Assembly: GCA_046292385.1 (NCBI GenBank)
Contig: JBKBRF010000004.1
Location: forward strand, 160,001 to 224,000
Length of the DNA stretch: 64,000 nt
Direction: 5' to 3'
Origin: Armatimonadota bacterium
GTDB taxonomy: Bacteria > Armatimonadota > SYMT01
Shown: positions 49,468 through 59,573 of the stretch, piece after piece
Numbering within the stretch: position 1 is the stretch's first letter
How the letters are laid out: each line of letters begins with the position of its first letter
Program-made: the position numbers and the translations under genes
The notes under the pieces: model-generated
Databases searched by the model: none
Seen by the model: the letters and a program-made list of their open reading frames with translations, nothing else
Told to the model about the DNA's origin: nothing

Positions 49468-49503
49468 AGGGGCGAGTGCCGTTTCGAACGGCACTCGCCC
49501 CTC
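49468..49503 (+). terminator. Hairpin terminator
   Basis: AGGGGCGAGTGCCGTT-TCG-AACGGCACTCGCCCCT. Confidence 0.6.
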
Positions 49504-49804
49504 TCGTTGTACGCCATCCCGTTCCGTGTGGTGCGAGGTCACAACCGAATACCGGCGCGACCACCCCGCTGTGCAGGCCGGAAGCGCGCGGACGCACGGC
49601 GGGCCGAAGAAGGCGCTCGTCGCGATCGGCCGTGTCGGCGCAGGGCCTCTCGGGAACAGGAGAGTTGACCTTCTCAGTGCGGCGAAACGAAAAGGACTTT
49701 CCCGGCTCGCGCCAAATTGACTGGCAAGCGAGAGTGCGGGTCTTCTGTGTCGTTTAGTCATCCACAGTTGCACCATCCAATCCTCGCCATCGGGAGGAAC
49801 CGCC

Positions 49805-52135
49805 GTGCCGGATGTTCTCGGGACCCAGAAGAATTTCTCAAGCCTCTCTGTGAGGGATTTGCTGTTCGCGCGCGACCTGTACCACTACCACCTGCTCAAC
49901 AAGGAGAACGTGGTTGGCACCGCCGTCGGGCTCTATCTGATCCGCAAGGAAGACCCGTATCCGGAGCAGATACGGAAGTCACGGACCGAGGCCAGAAACG
50001 ACAGGGGGGAACGATCCTCGAACCGATCCGCCCGTACCTTCGCGAATTCAGAGGTTCGAGACTACTCGTGGCCGTGTGTCCTGGCGCTGGTGCGGGACTG
50101 GGTGAAGGAGTCTGACTTTGGTGGACGGGGTCTGCATCCGGAACAGATGGTTCCGAAGACCCTCTACTTGCCAGACGGCCGCATGGTCCCGGTCTGCGTG
50201 GTGGAAGTACAGCAGGGAGAGCCGAGCGAGCTTGTGCTCCCCAACTGGCAGTGGCCGTCCGGGCTGTTCGGAGGGGGCATGCCGATCGTGGCGGAAAACC
50301 AGGGAGTCTCCCGGCGAGCAACCACGGGCTGCCTCGTCACAGACGGACGTACCACTTACGCTCTCACGAGCCGCCACGCGTGCGGCGAGCCAGGGCAGCC
50401 CGTCTACACCATAGCGCGAGGGGAGCGCCGCCAGATCGGGCGCTCCAGCGACAAGCAGCTGAGTCGGCTGGAGTTTGTCGAGCTGTACCCGGAGTTCGCC
50501 GGGCAGCGAACCTACGTCAACCTCGACGTGGGCCTTGTCGAGTTGGATGATCTGAATGACTGGACCTCCCAGGTCTATGGGCTGGGCCAGGTTGGGGCCC
50601 TCGCGGACCTTAGCGAGGTCAACATCACTACCAGGCTGATTGACCAGCCGGTAGTCGCGTTGGGTGCCACCTCAGGTCGATTGGAAGGGCGGATCAAGGC
50701 GCTCTTTTACCGCTACAAGTCGGTCGGCGGGTACGACTACGTTGCCGACTTTCTAATCGCGCCCCGAGCGCTGGGTGCGTCTACCTCAAGGGAACAGCGG
50801 CATACCCAGACAGAGCCCGGCGACTCGGGGGCCGTGTGGCACCTCGTGACCAACCAGAAGCTCACCGGGGCCGATCCTGGTTGGACGGAGGACGACGAAT
50901 TCGAGGGTGAGCTCCGCCCGCTAGCCACCCAGTGGGGAGGACAGGTATTCGTTGAGAGTGCGGCGGAGCAGCGCTTCTCCTTCGCCCTGGCTACCAGTCT
51001 CACCATCGTGTCGCGGACTCTCGATGTGGAGCTGGTGCAGGAGCACAATACGGGCGTGCGGCCCTACTGGGGTCAAATGGGGCACTATAGCATCGCCACC
51101 TTTGCAACGCGGGCCCTGGCGAGCGGCAAGTTGAAGACCCTGGTCTCGAACAACGTAGACCGCATCAGCTTCGCCCCTGGAGAGCTCACACCATCGGAGA
51201 TTGCGGCACGACTCAAGGAAGCACGTGACACGGGTGGCTTCGTGCCGCTGGCGGACGTGCCGGACATCATCTGGAAGAAGCACAAATCCCAAGTGAAGGG
51301 TGGTCGGGATGACCAGTTTGTCGGCGGGCGCCCGACGGGTCCGGAGCACCCTACTCACTACGCCGACATCGACGAGCCTCGTCAAACAGATCAGAAGACG
51401 CTGCGGCAGCTCTGTCTCGAAAACGCGGCGAACCTTTCCGTCTCCTTCTGGCAACAGTTCTATGACGCTGCCGGACACCATGCGTCGCGCGACCGCGGCC
51501 TTCTCCCTTTCAGGGTGTGGCAGTTCTTCGACGAAATGAAGAAATCAGCCGCCGAGAAAGATGTGGACCGCTTTCTCTGTGCGGCGGGTATTGTCTCTCA
51601 CTACGTTGGTGACGCGTGCCAGACTCTCCACGGATCGATCTACGCGGACGGGTATCCGGACGGAGGTGGAAAGGGGATTCACTCCGCCTACGAGACCCGG
51701 ATGATCGACCGATATGCGTCAGATCTGAGGAAGGGGATCAGCCAGGCGGTACAGGACCCGGGAGCCCCACTGCCGACGATCCAAACCGGCAAGCAAGCAG
51801 CACTCGCAGTAATCGAGCTGATGGATCGGAGTGCGCAGCGGATACCTCCGACGGAGCTGGTCGACAAGTACATCGATGCCGGTGGGGGCGCGTCGGCCAA
51901 AGTCTTGAAGGCACTTTGGGACGCGTTCGGCGACGCTACGATCCAGGCCATGGCCGACGGTGCCCGCGTCCTCGCACAGATTTGGGCTGGAGCGTGGAAC
52001 GCGGGACAGGGAGACAAGATCACCACGGGTCAGTTGGTCGGCCGAGACTGGGGCAAGCTCCAGACCCTCTACGAGGACCCTGACTTCGTACCGTCTCTGG
52101 ACCTGGACCACATCGGAACCGTGCTCCAGCCTTGA
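49805..52135 (+). CDS. Fusion of Nal1/trypsin-like serine protease and S1/P1-family zinc nuclease
   Basis: Triad LTSRH(191), NLD(241)VGLV, PGDS(341)G; nuclease ligands W422GQMGH, ADVPD, HYADID, HYVGDACQTLH, IHSAYE; no signal peptide. Confidence 0.8.
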   Translation: MPDVLGTQKNFSSLSVRDLLFARDLYHYHLLNKENVVGTAVGLYLIRKEDPYPEQIRKSRTEARNDRGERSSNRSARTFANSEVRDYSWPCVLALVRDWVKESDFGGRGLHPEQMVPKTLYLPDGRMVPVCVVEVQQGEPSELVLPNWQWPSGLFGGGMPIVAENQGVSRRATTGCLVTDGRTTYALTSRHACGEPGQPVYTIARGERRQIGRSSDKQLSRLEFVELYPEFAGQRTYVNLDVGLVELDDLNDWTSQVYGLGQVGALADLSEVNITTRLIDQPVVALGATSGRLEGRIKALFYRYKSVGGYDYVADFLIAPRALGASTSREQRHTQTEPGDSGAVWHLVTNQKLTGADPGWTEDDEFEGELRPLATQWGGQVFVESAAEQRFSFALATSLTIVSRTLDVELVQEHNTGVRPYWGQMGHYSIATFATRALASGKLKTLVSNNVDRISFAPGELTPSEIAARLKEARDTGGFVPLADVPDIIWKKHKSQVKGGRDDQFVGGRPTGPEHPTHYADIDEPRQTDQKTLRQLCLENAANLSVSFWQQFYDAAGHHASRDRGLLPFRVWQFFDEMKKSAAEKDVDRFLCAAGIVSHYVGDACQTLHGSIYADGYPDGGGKGIHSAYETRMIDRYASDLRKGISQAVQDPGAPLPTIQTGKQAALAVIELMDRSAQRIPPTELVDKYIDAGGGASAKVLKALWDAFGDATIQAMADGARVLAQIWAGAWNAGQGDKITTGQLVGRDWGKLQTLYEDPDFVPSLDLDHIGTVLQP

Positions 52136-52278
52136 CGTAATCAGCTCCGGTACTCCAGTCCGCTCGCTGCCTGTTCTGCTCTGTCGGCCAGGCAGTGAGC
52201 GGCACTCTTGCATCACATCCGCCGAACCGTCGCCAACCGCCCGAATGGAAGAGCGTCAGGATAGGTAGCGACCGGCGG

Positions 52279-53877
52279 TCAGTCCGGAGGCGGGAAGAGC
52301 ACGTTCAGCGCGAGGAAGGCGAAGCCGTTGTTGACGAAGTGGGCCACCATTGCCGGCACCAGCGACTGCCGCCATTCGTAGAGCGCCGCGAAGGCGGCTC
52401 CGAGCAGGGCGATCGGGATGAAGCCGAGCGGGAGCTGGGGGTGCAGGAACGAGAAGAAAGCCGCGCTCGCGAGCAGCGCGTACGCGATGCCGTGGTGCCG
52501 GCGGATGGCGCCGTAGAGGCAGCCGCGGAAGAAGATCTCTTCCAGCAGCGGCGCGCCGATCGCGGCGCCGATGAAGAGCGCCGTCCGGATCTCCCAGCTC
52601 GCGGAGGTGGCGACCATCCCGGAGAGCGGATGGTAGGGCGGAGGGACGCCCGGGAAGAGCTTGTTGCTCACCCACTGGATCAGGAGCCCGACCACCAGGT
52701 TGGCCGGAATCAGGATCACCGCGGCCATCACGCCGATCAGCACGTTCGCGCCGAAGTGCCGGCGCGTGAGGCCGATCTCCCCCAGGTTGAGGCCCCGCCC
52801 GCGCAGCCGGATCCAGAGGTAGGCGATCGCCGGCAGCTGCGCCACGTCCTGCGCCAGCAGGAGGCCCGCGGCGAGCCCGGGCTGCAGCTCCGGGGAGATG
52901 CGGCGGCCGCCGGACACCAGCAGCGACGGCAGCACCGTGAGCGCCATCATCAGGATGAAGGTCTCCCACAGGATCGGCGCCACCGCGTGCAGCCGCACCG
53001 GCGCGCGGCGCAGCACCCCCTGCGCTACCAGCACCCAGATCACCGCGGCAGAGATCAGCCCGAGCAGCGGAAGCCCGAGCAGCGTGAACAGGTTGATCGC
53101 GCCGGTATTGGCAGTCTGCACGCTGGCGGTGCGATAGACCTCCTGCTCCACCGCCGGAGGCACCGTGTCCTCACCCAGCCGGCGATAGGCGGCGAGCTTG
53201 GCGAGGGAGCGGAACCAGCCGAGCTGCCAGCGGTCGAGCTGCCGGGACGCGGCTTCGATCTCCGCGGGCGTCGGCGGCTTCGGGCCGAACAGCTCGCTCC
53301 AGACCTGCCGCTCCAGCCGGGCGCGCGCGGGGTCGCGGCGTGGATCGGAGAGGATCTTGGCGGTCGCGCGCAGCTCTTTGAGCGCGCCGGCATAATCCCC
53401 CCGCTCGGCGAGCATGATCCCGAGGGTCCGGTGGATCGCCGCGCTTTCCGGCAGGAGCTCCGAGGCCTTTCGGACCTTCTCGACCGCCTCGTCTGGATTC
53501 AGCCGGGCTTCCGAGGCGATCGATTGCCCGGCGAAGCGCGCGAACGCGGCGCGGTAGGTGGCGACTCCCTCCACGTACTGTTCGAAGCCCCTTCCCTGCG
53601 GTCGCGGCCCTCCCTTCTGGGGAACCCACTGCGAGGTGAAGAGGAAGCAGGTGATCCCGCCGAGCAGCGCAAAGCCGGCGCGGCGCGCCACGCTCCGCGC
53701 ATCTCCGCCCCAGCCCTCGCCGTCGTAGCCGAGTACCCGGTAGAGCAGCAGCAGGACGAGGAGCGACACGACGATCCGCAGCGCGGCCATCCCCCACGGC
53801 GGGAGGTCGAGCGGGGCGGCGAGGAAGCCGGCGAGGTAGGGGAGACCCGGAAGATCGGGGAGGGAGGGGGAGAGCAT
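52279..53877 (-). CDS. CPBP/Abi-family intramembrane metalloprotease with TPR-like domain
   Basis: EEIFFRG, FSFLH, HFVNN; multiple TM helices. Confidence 0.85.
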   Translation of the reverse strand: MLSPSLPDLPGLPYLAGFLAAPLDLPPWGMAALRIVVSLLVLLLLYRVLGYDGEGWGGDARSVARRAGFALLGGITCFLFTSQWVPQKGGPRPQGRGFEQYVEGVATYRAAFARFAGQSIASEARLNPDEAVEKVRKASELLPESAAIHRTLGIMLAERGDYAGALKELRATAKILSDPRRDPARARLERQVWSELFGPKPPTPAEIEAASRQLDRWQLGWFRSLAKLAAYRRLGEDTVPPAVEQEVYRTASVQTANTGAINLFTLLGLPLLGLISAAVIWVLVAQGVLRRAPVRLHAVAPILWETFILMMALTVLPSLLVSGGRRISPELQPGLAAGLLLAQDVAQLPAIAYLWIRLRGRGLNLGEIGLTRRHFGANVLIGVMAAVILIPANLVVGLLIQWVSNKLFPGVPPPYHPLSGMVATSASWEIRTALFIGAAIGAPLLEEIFFRGCLYGAIRRHHGIAYALLASAAFFSFLHPQLPLGFIPIALLGAAFAALYEWRQSLVPAMVAHFVNNGFAFLALNVLFPPPD

Positions 53878-53884
53878 GCGCGCC

Positions 53885-54574
53885 TTACCGGGCAGCTCGG
53901 GCCGGCATCAGGGTGCTGCCCTCCCGCTGCAGCCGCTCCCACTCCTCGCGGCGGATTACCATGTCGATGATGAGTGGACGCACCAGCCCGTAGTCCCACC
54001 GGAAGAGGTGGCGGATCGGCTGGTACTCCGGATTGCGGAACACGCCCGCGGAGTCGGTCTGCGGCTCGCCCCAGCGCTCTCCGGAGCGCCGGAAGCCGCA
54101 CTTCTGGTAAACGCGGAAGGCGCGGTGGTTGAACGCCGCTACGTCGAGGAAGAGCACCTTCATCTGCAGGCCGGTGAAATAGTAGCGCAGGAAGGTGCGC
54201 AGGGCGTCGGTGCCGAGCCCCTGGTCCAGCCGCTCCGGATGGAACGAGATGCCGAGCACGGAGGCGCCGGCGTGCCAGTCGATGTCCCGGATCGAGATGC
54301 GGCCGACGTACTCGCCGCCCAGGTCGTCCACGCTGTACTGGCGCGAATTCGGCGCGGTGCGGTGCTGCTGGTAGTAGACGTCGCGCTGGCGGGGGCTCAG
54401 GTTCGGCGCGTTGTAGCCGTCCCAGAGCGGATCCCGGTGGCGGGGCCAGGCGATCCAGCGGTCCACGTCGGCGCGGGCGAACTCCCGCAAGACCGTCTTC
54501 TCCCCACGGCAGAGAATCCGGGACGCGGCAGGGGGTGCGGCTGCGGGTGTCGGGACGCGCCTCCCGAAAATCAT
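53885..54574 (-). CDS. GNAT acetyltransferase, RimJ/RimL-like
   Basis: DQGLGTDAL; FNHRAFRVYQKCGF. Confidence 0.85.
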   Translation of the reverse strand: MIFGRRVPTPAAAPPAASRILCRGEKTVLREFARADVDRWIAWPRHRDPLWDGYNAPNLSPRQRDVYYQQHRTAPNSRQYSVDDLGGEYVGRISIRDIDWHAGASVLGISFHPERLDQGLGTDALRTFLRYYFTGLQMKVLFLDVAAFNHRAFRVYQKCGFRRSGERWGEPQTDSAGVFRNPEYQPIRHLFRWDYGLVRPLIIDMVIRREEWERLQREGSTLMPARAAR

Positions 54575-54826
54575 GCTCTTCCTCCACCCCACGGTCGGCT
54601 GAACGGGGCTACGCTCGACTCGTTCCCACCGCATGCCGCGCGGCAAACTCCGGCACCGCCCCGGCCGGTCACCTCTGCACTCTATCTGAAGTGTAACGGA
54701 CCTTCGCCGCCTCTGCCGCGACCGGCCAACCCCTCGTTCTGCCGGGCGGGGCGGAGGTCCCTGCTCTCCCGGTCGAGAATCGCCTGGTAGAGAGCTTCTC
54801 GGAACACTTTGGGAGACCAGATTGGC

Positions 54827-55990
54827 ATGAACCGCTTGGGTGCGCTCTTCAACCGCCGCGCCGGTGCCGGCGCCGAGCCGGCCGCGCCGGGTGAGCCGTC
54901 GGCAGAGGGATCGGCCGACCTCGCCGCTGAGATCGCCGAGGGATTCGACTTCCTCTACGGAGAGCTTCAGAAGCTCGCCGCGCGGGTGGAGGAGCTGGAG
55001 CAGGGGCGGCCGGCACAGGCGGCGGAGGCGCGGAGCGCGAGGGAGCTGGCCGCCAGCGCCCTGGAGCGGCTGGAGCGATTGGAAAAGCAGCCGCGTCCGC
55101 AGTCCGCGGTGAGCCCTGCCGCCGCTTCCACCCCGCCGCCGGCCCCCGCCTCGGCGCTGTCGGCGGCGTGGTCCGGCGCGCCGCTCGCGCTGCGGATCGG
55201 CTTCCTGAGCGCCCTGCTGGGGGCCGAGCATCCGCTGCAGGGCGCGCTTCACAAGGCGGCCGGTCTGCTCGACCTGCTCCAGCGCCCGGACGACCTCCGA
55301 ACCTGGGCGCGGCAGGATCCGCAGGCGCTGGCAGAGGCGAGGGCGACCGTGCAGCAGGGCGCGGGCTTTGCGGCGGGAACCGATCCGGAGACGCTCGCCG
55401 TGGAGATCGTCCGGGAGGCGGCCGGCTCCGTCGAGGCCGGCCTCTCTCGCCTCGACCCCGGCAGCGGACCCGCGGCGGCGGCGCCGCCTCCGGTGACGGC
55501 CGCTACGAGCTCCGCCGTGCCGGAGGCATCCGATCTCGGCTGGCTGCAGGTGCTGGAGGAACAGAGCCGGGGGGAATCGTCGTGGGCGGTGAGCACCGCG
55601 ATGCGCGCCCTGACTCAGCTCACCGAGGCCGCGGGGCGCGGGGAGCCGGATGAGGGCTCGCTGCGGCGGCAATTGACCTCCCTCCTCCCGCTGCTTTCCG
55701 CCGACGACGGCGCGCCGCCGGCTGGCGTGCCGGAGAGCTGGCTGGACGGCTTCCTGGCGGTGCGGCCGGAGCTGCTGGCCTGGCTCCGCTCGGCGCTGCA
55801 GGTGGAGCTCGGCGCGCCGGAGCCCGGAACGCCGTTCGATCCCGCTGTCATGGAAGCCGTGGGGGAGCGGCAGCCGATGAATCCCGCGGATGCCGGCACC
55901 GTGGCCCGCGCGGAGCGGGTGGGCGCCTACCGGCACGGCCGGGTGCTCGTTCCCACGCGCGTGGTGCGATATGTCTCCACGGTGGAGTAG
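54827..55990 (+). CDS. Hypothetical protein with C-terminal GrpE-like domain
   Basis: PGTPFDPAVMEAV...GTVARAERVGAYRHGRVLVPTRV resembles the GrpE beta domain; N-terminal coiled coil. Confidence 0.65.
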   Translation: MNRLGALFNRRAGAGAEPAAPGEPSAEGSADLAAEIAEGFDFLYGELQKLAARVEELEQGRPAQAAEARSARELAASALERLERLEKQPRPQSAVSPAAASTPPPAPASALSAAWSGAPLALRIGFLSALLGAEHPLQGALHKAAGLLDLLQRPDDLRTWARQDPQALAEARATVQQGAGFAAGTDPETLAVEIVREAAGSVEAGLSRLDPGSGPAAAAPPPVTAATSSAVPEASDLGWLQVLEEQSRGESSWAVSTAMRALTQLTEAAGRGEPDEGSLRRQLTSLLPLLSADDGAPPAGVPESWLDGFLAVRPELLAWLRSALQVELGAPEPGTPFDPAVMEAVGERQPMNPADAGTVARAERVGAYRHGRVLVPTRVVRYVSTVE

Positions 55991-56117
55991 CGTCCCATCC
56001 GGGTCGGGCAGGACCCGCCGGTCACTCTCCCGAACGGGGGCTCAGCGCCCGGCCCGCGGAGGCCGCGTCCGCCGGCTACGATTTGCGGCTCTGCCGCGCG
56101 AAAGACAGGAGCTATCG

Positions 56118-57656
56118 ATGAGGAAACGCGCCTTGCTGGTCGTCCCCGCGACCCTGGGCCTGCTGGCGGCCGCCCCGGCCGCGGCGGAGGTGAGCCCCAA
56201 CCCGCTCTTCTCCGACAACATGGTGCTGCAGCAGGGGAAGTCGGTACCGGTATGGGGGACCGCCCGGGACGGCGAGCGGGTGACGGTGCGGTTCGGCACC
56301 CAGACCATCTCCACCACCGCTCGCGACGGCAAGTGGATGGTCCGCCTCCGCCCTCTCGCGGCGAGCAGCGACCCGCAGCGGATGACGATCTCCGGCGACA
56401 ACACCCTTACGCTCAATAACGTGCTGGTGGGGGAGGTCTGGATCTGCAGCGGGCAGTCGAACATGCAGTGGCCGGTGAGCCTGAGCCACGATCCGGACAG
56501 CGTGGCGGCGCGCAGCTACGACGAGATCCGCCTGCTTACTGTGCCGCGCGTGGCGACCAACGAGCCGCTCTCCCGCGTCCAGGTGAGCTGGGTGGAGCCG
56601 GACGACAAGTCGATCCGGGACTTCTCCGCGGTGGCGCTCCACTTCGGCAAGACGCTCCAGCGGGAGCTCGGCGTGCCGATCGGACTGATCAGCACCAACT
56701 TCGGCGGCACCCCGGCGGAGGCGTGGACCCGCCGCGAGATCCTGGCGAGGGAATTCCCGCAGATCCTGGAGAACCAGAGCCGCGCGGAGGCGAATTACGC
56801 CGCGGCGAGGGTCGACTACCAGCTCGCGCTCTCCGCGCACCGCCGCGCGGTGGAAGAGGCGAAGGCGCGCGGGCAGCAGCCGCCCCCCGCGCCGCGCCAG
56901 CCCGGCGACCCGGGCCAGAGCCCGCAGCGGCCGACCGGCCTCTACAACGCGATGATCGCGCCGCTGGTCCCGTACGCCATCCGCGGGGCGATCTGGTACC
57001 AGGGCGAGTCGAACGCCGGGGCCGCCCACCAGTACCATCGCCTCTTCCCGGCGATGATCCGCAACTGGCGCGAGGACTGGGGCCAGGGAGACTTCCCGTT
57101 CCTCTTCGTCCAGCTCGCCCCGTTCATGCAGATCACCCGCCAGCCGACCGAGAGCGCCTGGGCGGAGCTCCGCGAGGCGCAGCTCTACACGCTCCGCACC
57201 GTGCCGAACACCGGCATGGCGGTGATCACCGACGTCGGCGACGAGAAGGACATCCACCCGAAGGCGAAGGAGCCGGTCGGCTACCGTCTCGCCCTCTCCG
57301 CGCTCGGCACGGTCTACGGCCGCAACATCGTTCACTCCGGCCCGGTCTACCGCAGCCAGTCGGTGGCCGGCGATCGGATCGTCCTGAGCTTCGACCACGT
57401 AGGCAGCGGCCTCAGCTCCCAGGGCGGCACCCTGACCGGTTTCACCATCGCCGGGCCGGACCGCAAGTGGGTCGACGCGCAGGCGGAGATCCGCGGCGGC
57501 CAGGTGGTGGTGTGGAGCCCCCAGGTGAAGAACCCGGTGGCGGTGCGCTACGGCTGGGCGAACTTCCCGCTCGGCAACCTGTGGAACCGGGACGGCCTCC
57601 CCGCCACCCCGTTCCGCACGGACGACTTCCCGCTCACCACCGCGCCGAAGCAGTAG
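56118..57656 (+). CDS. Sialate O-acetylesterase (SASA) family protein
   Basis: FSDNMVLQ, GEVWICSGQSNM, WYQGESN, DIHP, AVRYGW. Confidence 0.92.
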   Translation: MRKRALLVVPATLGLLAAAPAAAEVSPNPLFSDNMVLQQGKSVPVWGTARDGERVTVRFGTQTISTTARDGKWMVRLRPLAASSDPQRMTISGDNTLTLNNVLVGEVWICSGQSNMQWPVSLSHDPDSVAARSYDEIRLLTVPRVATNEPLSRVQVSWVEPDDKSIRDFSAVALHFGKTLQRELGVPIGLISTNFGGTPAEAWTRREILAREFPQILENQSRAEANYAAARVDYQLALSAHRRAVEEAKARGQQPPPAPRQPGDPGQSPQRPTGLYNAMIAPLVPYAIRGAIWYQGESNAGAAHQYHRLFPAMIRNWREDWGQGDFPFLFVQLAPFMQITRQPTESAWAELREAQLYTLRTVPNTGMAVITDVGDEKDIHPKAKEPVGYRLALSALGTVYGRNIVHSGPVYRSQSVAGDRIVLSFDHVGSGLSSQGGTLTGFTIAGPDRKWVDAQAEIRGGQVVVWSPQVKNPVAVRYGWANFPLGNLWNRDGLPATPFRTDDFPLTTAPKQ

Positions 57657-57781
57657 GACATCCGTTTGCTGCTGGGGTCCGGATCGGCAAAAAGGGGGGA
57701 GGCACCTTTACGGGGAGTGCCTCCCCCTTCTGGTTCCCCCGCGCCCATTAGCCGACGAGCGATGTCGAGATCCTCGCGCAG

Positions 57782-58015
57782 TCAATCCGGCGCCGACGTG
57801 ACTTCACAGATCGCACCGAGCGCGGCGATCTCGCCTGCCAGCTCCACTGGAGACAGCCCGCTCGGAATCTCGACCACCGCGGACCGCCCTTCGAGCACGG
57901 CGTCCACCACGCCCTTGGCTTCCGGTAAGGAAAGCCGCGCCCGCGCCTGGAGGAGGCGGGTCAGCTGAATCTTACGAAGACCGGGCTTAAAGCCATTCAC
58001 GACCAGTCGGTTCAT
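57782..58015 (-). CDS. Small protein resembling the ribosomal L7/L12 C-terminal domain
   Basis: KIQLTRLLQARARLSLPEAKGVVD...LGAICEV; AAGGA upstream. Confidence 0.6.
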   Translation of the reverse strand: MNRLVVNGFKPGLRKIQLTRLLQARARLSLPEAKGVVDAVLEGRSAVVEIPSGLSPVELAGEIAALGAICEVTSAPD

Positions 58016-58139
58016 GTCGCTCGTCCTTGCCGCTGAAACAAGCCTGCGGGGCCTGCTTTCGCTATCCCGGGTCCACCGGAGCAAACTCCCGGTCACCCGC
58101 TGCGCTCCTTGCAATTCTGCCGGTTCCTCGCGCCGATCC

Positions 58140-58451
58140 TCAGTAGCGAAAGCAGGCGTCTTTGCCGTCTATGTGAAGCACGAACTCTCTCACGACCCTA
58201 CCGCTCGACAGGGAGTGCAAGCTTAACCCCAGGGCGTCAATCCGGTCGTAGCACTTCTCCCACTCCTCCAGCTGGTCTTCATTCAACAAGCGCAGCTCTT
58301 CTTCGAAGATCAGACCTACCTGCTCAAAGCTCGCTGTAGGAATGAACTCACCGTTGAGCCAGGGCTGATCTAGACTCGTGAGGGATATCACGCCGAGCGC
58401 TTCTTCCCCCCGTCTCAGCTCCCACCGCTCCACCACTCGGCTCGTGCCCAT
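58140..58451 (-). CDS. Small acidic hypothetical protein
   Basis: 103 aa, GGAG upstream, lower GC than flanks. Confidence 0.65.
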   Translation of the reverse strand: MGTSRVVERWELRRGEEALGVISLTSLDQPWLNGEFIPTASFEQVGLIFEEELRLLNEDQLEEWEKCYDRIDALGLSLHSLSSGRVVREFVLHIDGKDACFRY

Positions 58452-58660
58452 AGCTCTCCCTGACTTCGGACGGCTCCACTCCTGATCTCCGAGCCGGCGG
58501 CGCACCCTTTGCCGCGGAACGGTTCTCGACGATCGGGATTTCGACCGGGAGTCGGCAGTCGGACGAGCACGGCCGATCATTCATGATACATGAGACCACT
58601 CTCGTTTTGAGGCGGGAGACTCCGCCTCCCATCCCATCGACCACCCGGCCGGGTCCACAC

Positions 58661-59560
58661 GTGACCGACAGCTACGACCGCACCATTCAGGAGTTCCTGG
58701 GCCACCTGCGGGGGGAGCGCGCGCTTTCGCCGAACACCGTGGCCGCGTACGGGCGCGACCTCCGGGAGCTGGCGCGGTTCATGCGGGAGCGGGGGACCAC
58801 CCTGGCGCAGCTCGGCCGGGATGACCTGTTCGCGTTCGAGGCGCGGCTGCAGCGGCTGGGGCGGCGGCCGGCCAGCGTGGCGCGCAAACTCTCCGCGGTG
58901 AAGATGTTCCTAGCCTTCGCCTACCGGGAAGGTGACCGCGAGACCGCTCCTCCGGAGATCGAGGCGCCGCGGCTGCCCCGGTCGCTGCCGCACGCGCTGA
59001 CGGTCGAGGAAGTAGCCTTCCTACTCCGCGCGCCGGAGACCGATCATCCGGAGGGGCTGCGTGACCGCGCCATGCTGGAGCTGCTCTACGCCTCCGGCCT
59101 GCGCGTCTCGGAGCTCGTCTCCCTCAAGCCGGACGACGTGCGGATGGGGGAGGGGCTGGTGCGGTGCGTCGGCAAGGGCAGCAAGGAGCGTTTGGTGCCG
59201 GTCGCCGGAGCGGCGCTGCAGTGGCTCCGCCGCTACCTGGATGAAGCGCGTCCCGTGCTGGCGCAGGCGTGCCGCTCCCCCGCGCCGGAGCTGTTCCTGA
59301 CGGAGCGCGGCGCCGCCGACTCCCGCACCGCCGTCTGGAAGCGGATCAAGGAATACGCCCGGCAGGCGGGGATCCAGAGCCACGTGAGCCCGCACACGCT
59401 GCGCCACTCCTTCGCCACACACCTCCTCGCCGGCGGCGCCGACCTCCGCGCGATCCAGGAGATGCTGGGACACGCCGACATCGGCACCACCCAGATCTAC
59501 ACCCACGTCGACGACAGTCACCTCGGCGAGGTGTTCAAGAAGTTCCATCCGCGTGCCTGA
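58661..59560 (+). CDS. xerD: Site-specific tyrosine recombinase XerD
   Basis: SPNTVAAY, RDRAMLELLYASGLRVSEL, GKGSKER, PHTLRHSFATH, LGHADIGTTQIYTHV, C-terminal HPRA. Confidence 0.92.
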   Translation: MTDSYDRTIQEFLGHLRGERALSPNTVAAYGRDLRELARFMRERGTTLAQLGRDDLFAFEARLQRLGRRPASVARKLSAVKMFLAFAYREGDRETAPPEIEAPRLPRSLPHALTVEEVAFLLRAPETDHPEGLRDRAMLELLYASGLRVSELVSLKPDDVRMGEGLVRCVGKGSKERLVPVAGAALQWLRRYLDEARPVLAQACRSPAPELFLTERGAADSRTAVWKRIKEYARQAGIQSHVSPHTLRHSFATHLLAGGADLRAIQEMLGHADIGTTQIYTHVDDSHLGEVFKKFHPRA

Positions 59561-59573
59561 GGCGCTTCGCGCC

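Noticed and set aside
58661..59560. Phage or ICE integrase marking a mobile element
   Set aside because: Size, motifs and HPRA ending fit housekeeping XerD; no phage or conjugation genes nearby
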